Assembly (NCBI GenBank): GCA_964016885.1
Contig: OZ024741.1
Span: 174,468,001 to 174,532,000, forward strand
DNA: 64,000 bases
Reading direction: 5' to 3'
From: Eledone cirrhosa
Lineage: Eukaryota
A program made the translations under genes and the position numbers. Under the pieces are notes generated by a model, which made no database searches, was not told where the DNA came from, and was given only the letters and a program-made list of their open reading frames with translations. Shown here piece after piece: positions 26,375 to 39,169 of this stretch (positions are counted from its first letter, which is position 1; every line of letters starts with the position of its first letter).

Positions 26375-26466
26375 TATATGTAAAAGGTAAACAGAAATAA
26401 CAACACAATCGGTACAGTATATGGAAGGGATATATTAGGTTAATGCTTGATATAGCAAGAAGAGGG

Positions 26467-26502
26467 TCTTAACGTTTCAGACGCTAGTTCTTCATCAGAA
26501 GA
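26467..26502 (-). ncRNA. Minimal type I hammerhead ribozyme motif in a ~230-bp insert (26380-26612) between (TA)n tracts
   Basis: Minus strand TCTT-CTGATGA-AGA(ACTAGCG)TCT-GAAA-CG-TT-AAGA: stems I and II pair; loop-less palindromic stem III. Confidence 0.65.
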
Positions 26503-26611
26503 AAGAATGAGAAATAAGATAGATTGAGGGGACGGGCGGGATGGAATTGGAAAAAATGTCTCTAGATAAAAATAATAGGTTGACATCTCTTGCAAAACTG
26601 TTGGTGCTGGC

Positions 26612-26663
<52 letters not shown>

Positions 26664-26748
26664 ACACACATACATATACATATATATATATATACATACA
26701 TATATATACTGTATATATATATAATGTGTATGTGTATATATATAAATG

Positions 26749-26808
<60 letters not shown>

Positions 26809-26810
<2 letters not shown>

Positions 26811-27152
26811 GAGGCACATGGCTTAGTGGTTAGAGCATTGGCCTTGCAATCGAAAGGTTGTGAGTTCAATTCTCAGACCGGGTGGTGTGTTGTTTCCTTG
26901 AGCAAGACACTTTATTTCACATTGCTCCAGTTTACTCAGCTGTAGAAATGAGATGCTAGGGACTGAGGTCCTTATCATTCCACTGCAAAGTGGTCGTGTA
27001 GGTGCCACGGCAAAAAAGCACCCAGCACTCACTGTAAATGAGGTTGGTGTTAGGAAGGGCATCCAGCTGTAGAAATCAAGCCAGTATCAGTTCCCGTCCC
27101 ACCCTTGCAAGCAGGGAAAAGCGGACGTAAAATGAAATGATGATGATGATGA
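26809..27152 (+). mobile_element. Composite tRNA/CORE/RTE-tail SINE, second copy
   Basis: Near-identical to 21543-21875; (GAT)n tail. Confidence 0.85.
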
Positions 27153-27170
27153 TATATATATATATATATA

Positions 27171-27489
27171 TATTATTCAAAATATTAATAAATGGAGAGA
27201 TTCACGTAATCAAAATATATGTTTTATTATATATATTTCGGAGGTATTGTGCTGTTTTTTCAGTACATCCTCATCAGATAAAATACCTGATGAGGACGTA
27301 CTGAAAAAACAGCACAGTACCTCCGAAATATATATAATAAAACATATATTTTGATTACGTGAATCTCTCCATTTATTAAAATTTTGAATAATATTAATAA
27401 CTCCAGAAAACTTCCTTGTTGAGTGCTTTTATTCTATTGTAAAACTATATTCATTGAATAATCAATGAACCTTGTTTAACATTTGGTCA
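27171..27489. mobile_element. Hammerhead-bearing fold-back element (PLE pLTR-like) in (TA)n
   Basis: 107-bp arms 27171-27277 / 27287-27393. Minus strand TTTTAT-CTGATGA-long stem II-GAAA-TATATA-TA-ATAAAA. TTGTTGAGTGCTTT tail. Confidence 0.75.
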
Positions 27490-27876
27490 TATATATATAT
27501 ATATAAAATGTGTATATATATACACACACACATACACAAAAACTGAGCTTCTTTTACAGTCTCTAAATTCACTTACTAAACCCACTTACAAGACATTGGT
27601 TAGTGTTCATATAGTGGCAAAAGAACTCAAAACCATATGGTTGCAAAGCAAACTTTTTAACCACACATCCATACCTGCCAGTACCTTAACACAGACATGC
27701 CTATTCTTAGTAATATATAATTTTACATTGTAATTAGAGAGAAATAAATTTTAAAAAAATTTCAGATTAAAAACAAATCTGTAAAATGTTGAAGAATGAG
27801 AGGAAAAGATGCTCTTTGACATTATTAAGATATATTCTAAGACAAACTGACAAATGTCTTCTATTTTTTTATTTTT

Positions 27877-27915
<39 letters not shown>

Positions 27916-28939
27916 CTGCTTTTGTTCTTGTCTAGTGCTTTAAATCCTGTTAATTATCGAGAGGTGATTTTAGAGTTTCTATCTGTTTTATTTAATTTTA
28001 TTCATTTATATATGTATAATAGTAACAGTAGTAGTAGTAATAGTGGTAGTGGTGGTGGTGGTGGTGGTGGTGGTGGTAGTAGTAGGTGGCGGTGGTGGCA
28101 GCGGCAGTAGAAGTGGTGGTGATGACAACCAGAATATGGTGGTTCACTAGAAGCTCGGATGAAATTATTGAAAACATGATGTTAATGATGATGATGATGA
28201 TGATATCATGGTGCACTTGAAGTTTGCAAGCTGTGGAAAACCTAATAGTGGATGATGATAATGGTGATAATAATAATTTCAAATTTAGGCACAAGGCCAG
28301 CAAATTTGGGGGAAGGGCAATGTTGATTAAATGAAGCCCAGTACATCACTGGTACTTCATTTTATTGACATTGGAAGGATGAAAGGCAAAGTTGACCTTG
28401 ACAGGATTTGAACTCACAATATAAAGAGTCAAAACAAATACCACAATGACATTTTATCTAATGCTTTAACAATTCTGCACGTGGGCTCCCATTTGCTCAT
28501 AATAGTGAGAAATGGCGGAAGCAGGAGTGACAGAAGCAACGACAGTGGGAGCTTGGTTCCTTTGTGTTCAGATCTGATGTATATGTTTCATAGACACACA
28601 CTAATATTGTCTATTGTAGTCATTATTAATCCTGCCGAGGTTGACTTTGCCTTTCATCCTTACGGGGTCGATAAAATAAAGTACCAGTAATGCACTGGGT
28701 AATTGCTGGCCTTGTGTCTAAAGTAGAAACACTTATTACTATAATTATTATTTTTGATATTAATGTGTGACTATAGAACATTCTGCCAATCCACCACCCT
28801 ATTTTATGTACTGCTCTACCAATTTTGCCAGTTTATGCTGTAGTTTCAATGAGGTATTAGTGGTTGGGATTTGATTTCTATCTTTTATTTGATGAACTAA
28901 GTCTAAAGTCTGTCTTAAGCCAAAAGGCTCATTAGGTTT

Positions 28940-29185
28940 GGTGCTTATCCTTGTTTCATGGCATGAAGTGACTGAGAGTACAAGACTTCCCCCTGAACAG
29001 GACGCCAGTCCATTGCAGGTTAAACCCCCAGCTATTACTGGTACTCATTTTCAGCTAAGTATACTAGAGCAACATGAAATGAAGTGTTTTGCTCAAGAAT
29101 ACAACAGGCAACCCAGCCCAGGAATCGAACCCACAGCATTATGATTATATGTCCAACACCCTTACCACTAGGCTACATGCCTCCA
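28940..29185 (-). mobile_element. tRNA/CORE-type SINE (old)
   Basis: Minus strand GGAGGCATGTAGCCTAGTGGTAAGG...GGTTCGATTCC...CTTGAGCAAAACACTTCATTTC. Confidence 0.6.
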
Positions 29186-29934
29186 CTTCGATGCTTTGGG
29201 ATTGCTGGCTTAGGATGACCCTGGCCTCATTGAGCAAGAGCAAGAAGAAGAAGAATTTGATGAACACTAGTATCATCTCTCCATAGAGCCAATCACTGGT
29301 TCACTGTATTTCCAGTGTCAAGTGTGTGTGTATGCTGTGGTAGTATATGAATGGTAGAATAAATAGAATAGAAAGTGTTTTTCAAAGTTGTGTTTATCTA
29401 GTAAATGATTACATCTGAGATCATGTTTTGAAACTAAAGTAGTTACATCATGGAAGAGTCATTTTAGTCATTAAAAAAAAAGCAAACAAAAAGAACTCAA
29501 ATCCCACAAACTGGTAACTTCACTTTATATTTATCAATTACTTCTTGGTGTCAAAATTTTCATCACAAAAAGTGTGGCGAAAATTTTAACACCCAGAAAT
29601 AAATGGTAGGTGTGAAATAAAGTTAATAGTTTTTCTCTGTTTTTTCAGTGGCTAAAATGACTCTTCCAGGATGTAATTGACAAAGTATTTTTTAAAATAA
29701 AATCATTGCTTTGTATTTGTGCTGATGTGTATTGACAAAAGATATGCACACACATCACACACACATAGACACACACACACACACACATACACACAACACA
29801 CACACATACACACAACACACACAGGAGTAAAAGTGAAAAAGGTAAACAGATTGTTCCAGTTATTAAATCAATGGACTAACCTATGTTTTAAAACAATGTG
29901 CAAGTAGCAGACCATTCTACAGTCACATATACAT

Positions 29935-30148
29935 TTAACCCATAAGCATTTATGTTACTCTATATTTACTATTATATTTTCACGGTAAAGGCTTTATTTC
30001 ACATAATTATCTCATATTGAATCTATGAGATTTTGATGTTATTTATTTTGAGAACAATACGTTAACATCAGTATGAGTGGCCAGTTTGAAGAGAAAGCGG
30101 TGAGAGAATACTGGTTGGATATGGCCAGTTTAAATGCTAAAGGGTTAA
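29935..30148. mobile_element. piggyBac-type MITE (family P1)
   Basis: TTAA-CCCATAAGCATTTA ... TAAATGCTAAAGGG-TTAA; homologues at 38005, 43772 and ~61520-61647. Confidence 0.75.
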
Positions 30149-30589
30149 CAAAATTCTCAGCGAGATTCACTGCAATAAAGCTGGCTATGTGAATTCAGCA
30201 TGATACAGCTGGCCCTTTCAATTGCACATAAAATTTTTCTGGTGGGCTTTCCAAACATTTTCTGTTTAGCTATTTCAATTTACAAGGGCTTATGTTGACC
30301 CAAGGCCATGGTAAATGACACTGACCCAAAATGCAACACAGTGGAACTGAACCTAGGACCTTATGATTATGAAGCAAACTTCTTAAACATTCAATTTTGC
30401 TATGTCTATTATTCATCAATTATTCATAAAGATAAATAGACATCCATTGGTGTCAATGATATGTATTCTAGCTATTCATTTGATAAAACAGCCTACTTGT
30501 TAAATAATATGTAGTGTAATTCTCAGGGAGATTTAGTGTGACTAGCTTGCTCCTTTGAAATATAAATGCAGTTCATCTGATGGGCTTTC

Positions 30590-30750
30590 CAAACAGCTTC
30601 CATTTAAACAATTTCATTCACAAGGCTTTGATTGACCCAAGGCTTTGGTAAAAGACACTTGCCCAAGATACTGAACAGTGGGACTGAAGCCAGAACTCTA
30701 GATAGAAGCTTATGATTATTAAGCAGTCTTCTTAAGCATTCAGCTATGCT
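30590..30750 (-). mobile_element. tRNA/CORE-type SINE (family C), old
   Basis: CACAAGGCTTTG..AAGACACTTGCCCAAG..AGTGGGACTGAA; related copies at ~27555-27672, 30250-30390, 37880-38004, 52600-52740 and 59585-59715. Confidence 0.6.
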
Positions 30751-33700
30751 ACTGTGTTCATTATTAATAGTAACTGTTGGGGTAGTGGATTGGCAGAACC
30801 ATTAGAGCATCAGGCAAATTGCTTAGCAGCATTTACTTTGGCTTTTTACATTCTGTGTTCAAATCCTGCCAAGAATAACTTTACCTTTCATCCTTCTAGG
30901 GGTTGTTAATAAAATAAAGTACTAGTCAAGTCCCAGGGTTGATTTAATCAGCTTTCTATTCCCCTAAATAGGTGGCCTTGTGTCTGAATTGGAAAGAATT
31001 ATTAATAGTAACTGAGAAGCAATCAAGCTGGCTCTAATCACTCAATCCAGAATAGATTATCTGTCACCACCACTCCTAACCATCCTCCCTGTTAACCTTG
31101 CTGTTAACAAAAGTAACTAGTAACTGGTGTGTCAGAGGTATATTAAGGTTTAGTTGATGTTAAGTGTTGTTACTATGGTAATAAGCTATGTACAGAAAAC
31201 CAGCCAATGACGGCCTATCTTACTTTTAGACATCAGTTTTTTCATCATTTTCCTTCCTCTTTTTTTTCTCTTTTTTGTTCTTTTTCCTTTTTTTTTCCAT
31301 ATCCCTTATTTCTTTATATCTTTCTACCTCAATTTCCTAATTTCTTTTTATATTCCTTTCTTTCGTTCTTTTCCTTTGCATTTCTTCCTATATTCCTTTC
31401 TTTCATTCTTTTCCTTTGCATTTCTTGATCTCTGCTTTTCCTTCTTTTCTTTCTCTCTGTGTACTTCTTTATCTCTGTCTTTGTCCTTCATTCCTTCTTT
31501 CTATTTCCTTCCTTTTTTTTGTCCTATTTTGTCTTTGTTCTTTTCTGTATTCATTTGTTTCTTTCTTCCTGTCTAACCTCTCTCTCCTTCTCTTCACCCC
31601 CTTCCATCCCTCCTCTGTCTGGTTGCCATTTTATTCCAGTATATTTCACTTCAGCAATATCTAATGATCATTATGAAATTCTCTATTCTCAATTACTGTT
31701 CGTTTTATTTATTTATTGATCGATTTATTTTTATTTTTCCATAAATATTTTATCCTCCAGCACTGATTAAACTATTGTCACACACTACTGCTATTAAAAC
31801 CAAAATATCACAAGTGCAAAGAAATAGGGATTAAATAACTGAACTGACCCTGCAACAGGGTTTACAATCTATATTAATTAATTGAATTAGTTTGCTACTG
31901 ATATTGCTGCTGTTGTTGTTATGGCTCACACACACCTGCATAGGTGTAGCCACCCTCCTGTGAGGCTACATCTCATAGGATGTTTCTTGGATATCTTAAT
32001 GTGTTTGTAAGAGTTTGATAAAAAGGTTTGGCACCAGGAAGAGCATCCAGCAATAAAACGTCTCAAAAAGTACCCCCATGATGAGTACAAAACCTGTTAT
32101 GTGGCCTGCAAAACTAACCCTTGCTTTAACCTTTATATTACCATATATCTAATGAAATGCACTGCTTGTTGTTGTTGTTGTTACTCTAGTCCTCTGAAGT
32201 CACCATTTTTCCCAGTTATTAGAAGTGGGAAGTAGGATTTTAAATCAGAACAGACACGGCAAGGCATCCTGTCTGACACTCTAACAATTCTGTCAAGCCA
32301 CCACTCTGGACCGGTACTTTATTTATTGACCCTAAAAAGGATGAAAGGCAAAGCTGACCTCTGAACTCAGAGCACAGACATCTAGAACATGCCAAAAAGT
32401 ATTTTATCCAATGCTCTAATGATTCTTATGTCTCCCATAAACAATATTTACTGCAGTGTAACAGTTCGACAGAGTGCCAGGCAACTTGTACTATACTTAT
32501 AGGAAAGCACGGGTTCACATCAAGAAAGCATCAGGCATCTGAAAATCTGCTAGAAAAAAGATCTTGTCAAACCCATGCAACCATGGAAAAATGGACATAA
32601 AATTGATTATGATGACAGTGCTGGTGGTGATAATAGCGATGAAAAAGTTAGTTATTTCAATAAATTCTTTTAAATATTTGATTACTTTCAAGATTAATTC
32701 AAACAAATACAATTCTGGACTGATCTAATCAATCAGAACTGACCTGGGGCTAAATAACAATAATGGCTGTTTTCCACAAGGCTGGTACAAAATGTCATGG
32801 AACTTTCCACAATTTTTTATGGAAGAAGTGTCAAAAAGATATTTTAATGTTCCGGTTAACTTCCTTGTTATGTTTGGAGGTTCTGCCTTAACTAGATTTC
32901 ACATAAGATTTTCGTTCAAAAGATAATTGTTTCTGGCATATAGTTCTATAAGTGAGAAATTCAGGAACATAAAATATCTTTCTAGATATTAGTTTTCATG
33001 TAAAACTAAAGAAAACTATGTATTTAGACATGAGTTATGATATTGTCTAAATTGACACTACCAAACTAGATTTCAGTTGTGTGCATATTGTGTGTACATA
33101 TATATGTATATGTATGTGTATATATGTATATATATGTATATGTGTGTGTCTATATATATATATGATGATGATATATATTTATATATATGTATGCATGTAT
33201 ATGTATTATGTATATGCATGTGTATACATACAGACATTTGAGAATTCCTTTAATCTTATCTTATTCTACAGCATTAAAAACTTTAGAGATGATATAGGAA
33301 TACAGAAACCAGAATAATGTTGAAAAAAATCAATGAAATGATTCAAATAAAATCAGTGTTAACATAACAATAACAAGATGGCTTGTTTGATAGAATAATG
33401 TCTCATCACATATTTAACTGATCAAATTAATATTAAAGCTATGTTATTTTACATTGTGTTGTGATGGGGTTTTTTTCTTCTTCACGTGAGTGAATTGTGT
33501 AAAAATTAACAGGATTAGAATTAACTATTGTTTTTGCTTCATGTTTCAACTTCCATTGTTCTTCAACATACACTAACTTCTCTCTTATACATCTTTGTAA
33601 TTTATGAATTACCTCCATTACCATATTTCTAATGAAATATACTGCCTATAATTTTCACATAATTTGGAAAGGTTTAGTAATTTAACTAATTTTCTTATTA

Positions 33701-34895
33701 TGAAGATGGTGTTTCTTACGTAAAATTATGATGGAAGGTGAAATATAAACACTTCAATCCTTTTGTTACCATGTTCCTAATGAAAGTTACTCTTTTACCT
33801 GTTCCAGCCATCTGGCTGAGGCCATGCTGGGGCAGATTATTATTTTAAATAATTTGGAAAATATTCAAGAATTTGGAAGGGTTTAGTAAAATAACTAATT
33901 TCCTCATTATCAAGCTGGTGTTTGAAACAACTTAACAAAGGTTCTTACATAAAATTATGCATTTTAATTACCAAAGGTATTTCAACCGTGACTGTCCGTT
34001 CAGTTTGTGCATCTACAACTACAATGTCAAAGATGTTCCTCTGTCTATGATTTCAGTGATTCTCGCTGCTATTTCTAGTAAGTAAAGTGGCTGCAGATAG
34101 CCCTCCTCCCATTGCATCAACTTGCTTGCTCAAATAAAATTTGTGGTGGATTTTCTGGACAATGCTATTAAACAGTTTACATCGTTGTATACCTCCGAAT
34201 TATGTGGCCTAGTGGTTAGGGTATTGAACTGATGATCATAAGTTAGTGGGTTCAATTTCTGGACAGGGTGTCATGTGTTCTTGAGCAAGATGCTTCATTT
34301 CACATTGCTTTTCCTGATAGACACCTGAGAAACTTATAATGAGATGCAGCTCCATTAGAAGCCAGCTAAACGTACATGGATGTGAGCTGTAAAATTTCAT
34401 TTTTTCCATTTCATGTCTAGGATCCATGTCTTTTAAGATTGAAACAGCTTACAATGAGAATTTTAATAACTATGCAAGCATAGTTTTAATTTTAAAATTT
34501 CATGTTGGGAGGAACTAGTATGTTTTCCAGAGAAATATAAAAAGGTAAAGAATAATATATATGTTGTTTTATTAAATGTTTATTTATTTCCAATTTTTCT
34601 TGTCATCATTTTACTGATTTCATTCTCAAATAGATAGTCTTATTTCGATGAAGCAGAATGTAATTTATTTTGTGCAGAAAACAGTGGGTGAGGTATGGGT
34701 TTTAATAAACGATAAAGTAAAAATTTTTCAATTGAATTTTAACATCATCTGTCATTTGGGTGGTTTTGGCAGAGTTCATTTTGTTGTAAGCATTTGAACC
34801 ATATCTCCAGTTTGAGGATAATTTAATACCCCCACCAATTTTGGAGGCCTTGAAAATAATTATGGACTCTGCCCTTCTTCCTCTAAAAAAGCCAT

Positions 34896-35173
34896 TAACT
34901 CTTTTGTTCCCATATTTCTAATGAAATACACTGCTTACATGTATCAATTGATTTTGAAAACTTGAAGAATTTAATGAAATAACTAATCTTTTCATTATTA
35001 AGCTGATGAATAAAGAAACCATTATTAAGCTGATGCTTGAAATATTACTTAATAAAAATTTCTTAAATAAAATTATGATGGAAAGTTTTAATATAAGTAT
35101 GAACATTTTAAAATGAGCAGTTGTGTATCATAAAACTGAAGTAGTTTCAGGCGGTTTAGTATCAAAAGGGTTA
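34896..35173. mobile_element. piggyBac-type MITE (family P2), AT-rich
   Basis: TTAACTCTTTTGTT..CATATTTCTAATGAAATACACT ... AAATTATGATGGAAxGTTTT ... TATCAAAAGGGTTAA. Relatives at ~15247, 16228, 23098, 24520-24715, 33620-33960, 35496-35740, 43470-44054 and 44549-45170. Confidence 0.65.
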
Positions 35174-36190
35174 AAACATTAACATTGAAAAAGTCAGTGA
35201 AATGTTGTTCAGTTGATAAAACTCCTATATTTGGTTGCTACAATGGACAGATAACACAGATGCTTGATTTTTTTGGAAATAGATTCTGCTTTATTTATTT
35301 ATTTATTCCTTTATTTTTACTGTTAATTTGGTTATAAAACACTTGAAGCAATAAAAGCAAAGTCTAGATTTCCTTGCCAATAAATAATAAAAGGAAAAAG
35401 AGAAGTAACATTTTAAAAAATCCAACAATTCTGGTCAACTTCAATTAATTATTTTATGTGTTAATAATGTAGATATACTTTGTCTAGTGGCCACTTTAAC
35501 CCTTTTGTTACCATATTTCTAATAAAAAATACTGCCTATAATTTTGAAATCATTTTGAAAATACTCTAGAATTTGGAGGGATTTACTAACATTCCCATTG
35601 TTAAGCTTGTGTCTGGTACATAACAAAGGGTCCTTCATAAAATTATGATGGAAGGTTTTTAGATAAAGATAAACATTTAAAAATAAACAGCTTAGTATTG
35701 TAGAACCAATGGTGGTATCAGGTAATTTAACAAGGTTAACATTGTTATCTTAGATTTATATTTTTAATATCTTCTTGTTGGTGTTGTTGCTTAGGCTTAG
35801 ATCAACCCTAATTGAATAGACCTATGATCAAAAGTATTTTTGTTGTGATCATTCATTTTTTTACTCAGTGTATCTAGGACTACATTATTTAATGTGTTCA
35901 TTCCCTTTTTAAAATGTTAGAGCGTGATTTGGCTGATATTTTTAGCAGGTCAAGTGGTCATCTGGCAGCTTCCTTATTTGCTCATATCTTTGTTTATTTT
36001 TACAACACCAAGTCAACATTAAAACAATATGCATTTCTCAGATTGTTATTCTAAGTTTGTGATATACTGTGAATAATGTATGATTCTGCATATTTATACT
36101 TGTGTGTTTGTGGTCAGAATCAGTAATGATAAAATGTGACTACACATGAAATAATATACAAGCTTATATACCCACTTATTTAGTAGTTAT

Positions 36191-36226
<36 letters not shown>

Positions 36227-36227
<1 letters not shown>

Positions 36228-36933
36228 CATCATCATCATCATCATCATCATCAACGTTTAACGTCCGTGTTCCACGCTTGCATGGGTTTGGACGGGGGTT
36301 TTCCCACTTGAGGCAAGAGTGATTGTCTTGCTCGCATAGGACTGTCTGGCAGGTTTTCTACAGTTGGATGCCCTTCCTAACACCAACCACATTTACAGTT
36401 GGGGGCTGGGAGGTTTTTACCGTGTTGCCTACACGGCCACATTACAGCGTGGACTGTGTGTTTTTTTTGTCGTGACACCTACACGATCTCATTTGTTTCG
36501 GCCTGGATGGTGTGGCACCAACATAACTTTACATAGAAGGGGGCGGTGTGGATGTGGTGGGGGTGGTGGGACGGGGTGTATTTTGTTAGAGATGCCTACT
36601 GACTTAGTAGGTTTTACTATGTATTTAGGTAAGGCGGGTCTTCTCTATTACTGAGTACCGCCAAAGGTCTCGGTCCAGTGACATTGTCTTGGAGAGGTGT
36701 AAGTGTGTGAGGTCGGAGTTTATCAGCTCGTCCCAGGTTTTTCTAGGTCTGCCTATTCCGTGGCTACCGTCTATCTTTATTGCCCTGCACTTTGTTATAC
36801 AGCTATCGACTTTCATGCGCATCACGTGTCCATACCAACGTAGCCTTCTCTCGAGTAAACAACATCTGATCCCTCTTATTTCTAATTTTTTCTTTAGTTC
36901 GTTTATGCTTTGCCGTTCACGTATATTACTATT

Positions 36934-36937
<4 letters not shown>
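36227..36937 (-). mobile_element. 5'-truncated RTE-like LINE (second subfamily) between (TA)n tracts
   Basis: MCNSNIRERQSINEL..ERRLRWYGHVMRM..GRPRKTW, 3' UTR, (GAT)n tail; 3'-end copies at 55372-55423 and 63890-63997. Confidence 0.9.
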
Positions 36938-36999
<62 letters not shown>

Positions 37000-38004
37000 T
37001 AGACAATATATATATATATATAAATAATAGACAAACAACTTCATCTTAATTACCAATAAGTGGACTGAGGGTCAGCTTCACCTCTTATGAAAACACTCAA
37101 GAGACCTCCTGGGAGATACAACCTCATAAAAGGATGGCTGAACCTATCCAAGTGTGAACCCATAATAAGAACAACAATAACAAAACATCTCCATTGCCAG
37201 TTATGACCAGATAGCAGTTATCTTGAGCCAGTTCTACTTTTAGAATGAGGTGCAGGGGTATGGTGGTGTTGGCAAAACAGCTTTAAATACTTCAGACATT
37301 CCTACAGAATACTAGAACCAACAAGCTGTATATCTCTTCAAACTTTCTAACAATTAAACTAGTACAAACTGTTACTTAGGCATTACATAACCAGCTTGAT
37401 CAATAAAGTATTTTAATATTCTCAGTAACTATTCATCAACATCAACATCATTTCCTTGTCCATCTCCACTCCCATCCTCCTACTCCATGCTAACATGGGA
37501 TGGATGAGACTTTTTGAGGCAGAATTCTATGGTCGGATGCCCTTCCCAACACCAGTGCCCCCTCCCTCTGCTCCTTTTTTTAAAAGTAAGGTACTGATCA
37601 TCGCATATTGAACTGATTGACTGTGAGACATAGACCTCACCACCTGTGTCAAAGGTGGTCTGAAGACACAGACAGATATGCACACATACACACACACACA
37701 TACAAGCACCACACACATGTAAAGGTGAAAAAAGTGAATGGAGTGTTCCAGCTGTTTGATTAATGGAACAGCCTGCATAATAAATCATTCCACAGGCATG
37801 CAATTCTCAGGGAGGTTCAGTGCAACAAAGCTGCCTCTCTCTGTCTTACACACACACAGACATGAGACAGTCTTGTGTACATTTTGTGTCTACCAGATTC
37901 ATTCACAAGATATTGGTTAGTCTGAAGCTATAGTAGAAGACATTTGACCAAAGTTCCATACAGTAGAAAAGAACTTGAAACCACATGGTTGTGAAGCGAA
38001 CTTC

Positions 38005-38219
38005 TTAACCCTTTAGCATTTAAACCGGCCCTATCCAGCCAGAATTATCTCACCTCTTTCTATTCAAACCAGCTGTAGCCGACCGCTCATATCGATGTTA
38101 AGGTATTGTTCTTAAAATAAATAACATCAAAATCTCATTACTTCAATGTTATGTGAGATAAAGCCTTTACCATGAAAAAACAACAGTAAATATAGAGTAA
38201 TGTAAATGTTAAAGGTTAA
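38005..38219. mobile_element. piggyBac-type MITE P1 nested in a family C SINE
   Basis: TTAA at both ends; TIR CCCTTTAGCATTTA; host SINE sequence continues across the TTAA. Confidence 0.8.
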
Positions 38220-39169
38220 TCATGCAGCCATATTGAATTCATATTCTGTATAAATGTTCCTAGTCAGTCAAAAGTCTGCGCAGTTCTTGAAATTTAAACA
38301 TTTGTACAAATGGTTGCTGCATGTGTGTGTAAACCTGAATGGTCCTTTCTTTATTAATATCTCCTGCCTTTGTTGTTCTTTGTTACTTTATAGCAGCAAG
38401 TTGAATTTAGCCTATGCCACCTTTCAGTAGCAAGAATTAGTTATTTTAAGGTTTTGATTATGAATGAACACAACACAGCACCACACCACTGTTGACTCGT
38501 AAATAAATTAAATCTTCTTGGACCACCCTTATTTAATAAGGGTCTTCTCTTCTGTTTCTCAGATCAGTGGAAATTTTCTTAGGCCTCAATGGATATCTGA
38601 CAATCTGCTAGTTATTAATGATCCTAAAATGTAAACACACACTTACATAGACAAATATAAATTCACATACATACACACACTCAAACACATAAGAATATAT
38701 AAGCACACACGCATAAATACACACGCATAAACACACACTCACAAACACATGCAAACAGACATAAATGCAAACACAAGCATATACGCACATGCACACATAT
38801 AAGCACAAACACACACATACACTCACGAATATTCCCTATGAACTGCTCCCAGAATTCAACTAACCTATTATTCCCAACATAGAGACTTACTGCTACTACT
38901 ACCTCTCCCCTCAACTACTACTTCTACCACTATTATTATCACCAACCCCACCTATTCCACCACCACCAACCCCTTTACTACTACTACTACTACTGCCACC
39001 ACTACTACTACTACTACCACCACCACCACTACTACTACCACCACCACCATCGCTACTACTACTACTACTACTTGCCTGAATCATATGCATTGATGAACTA
39101 CAGTGACTCTAGTGTGATAATGATCATAGATTTGCTAACTTAATCTCATCCTTCATCGTGTCAGTTTCC

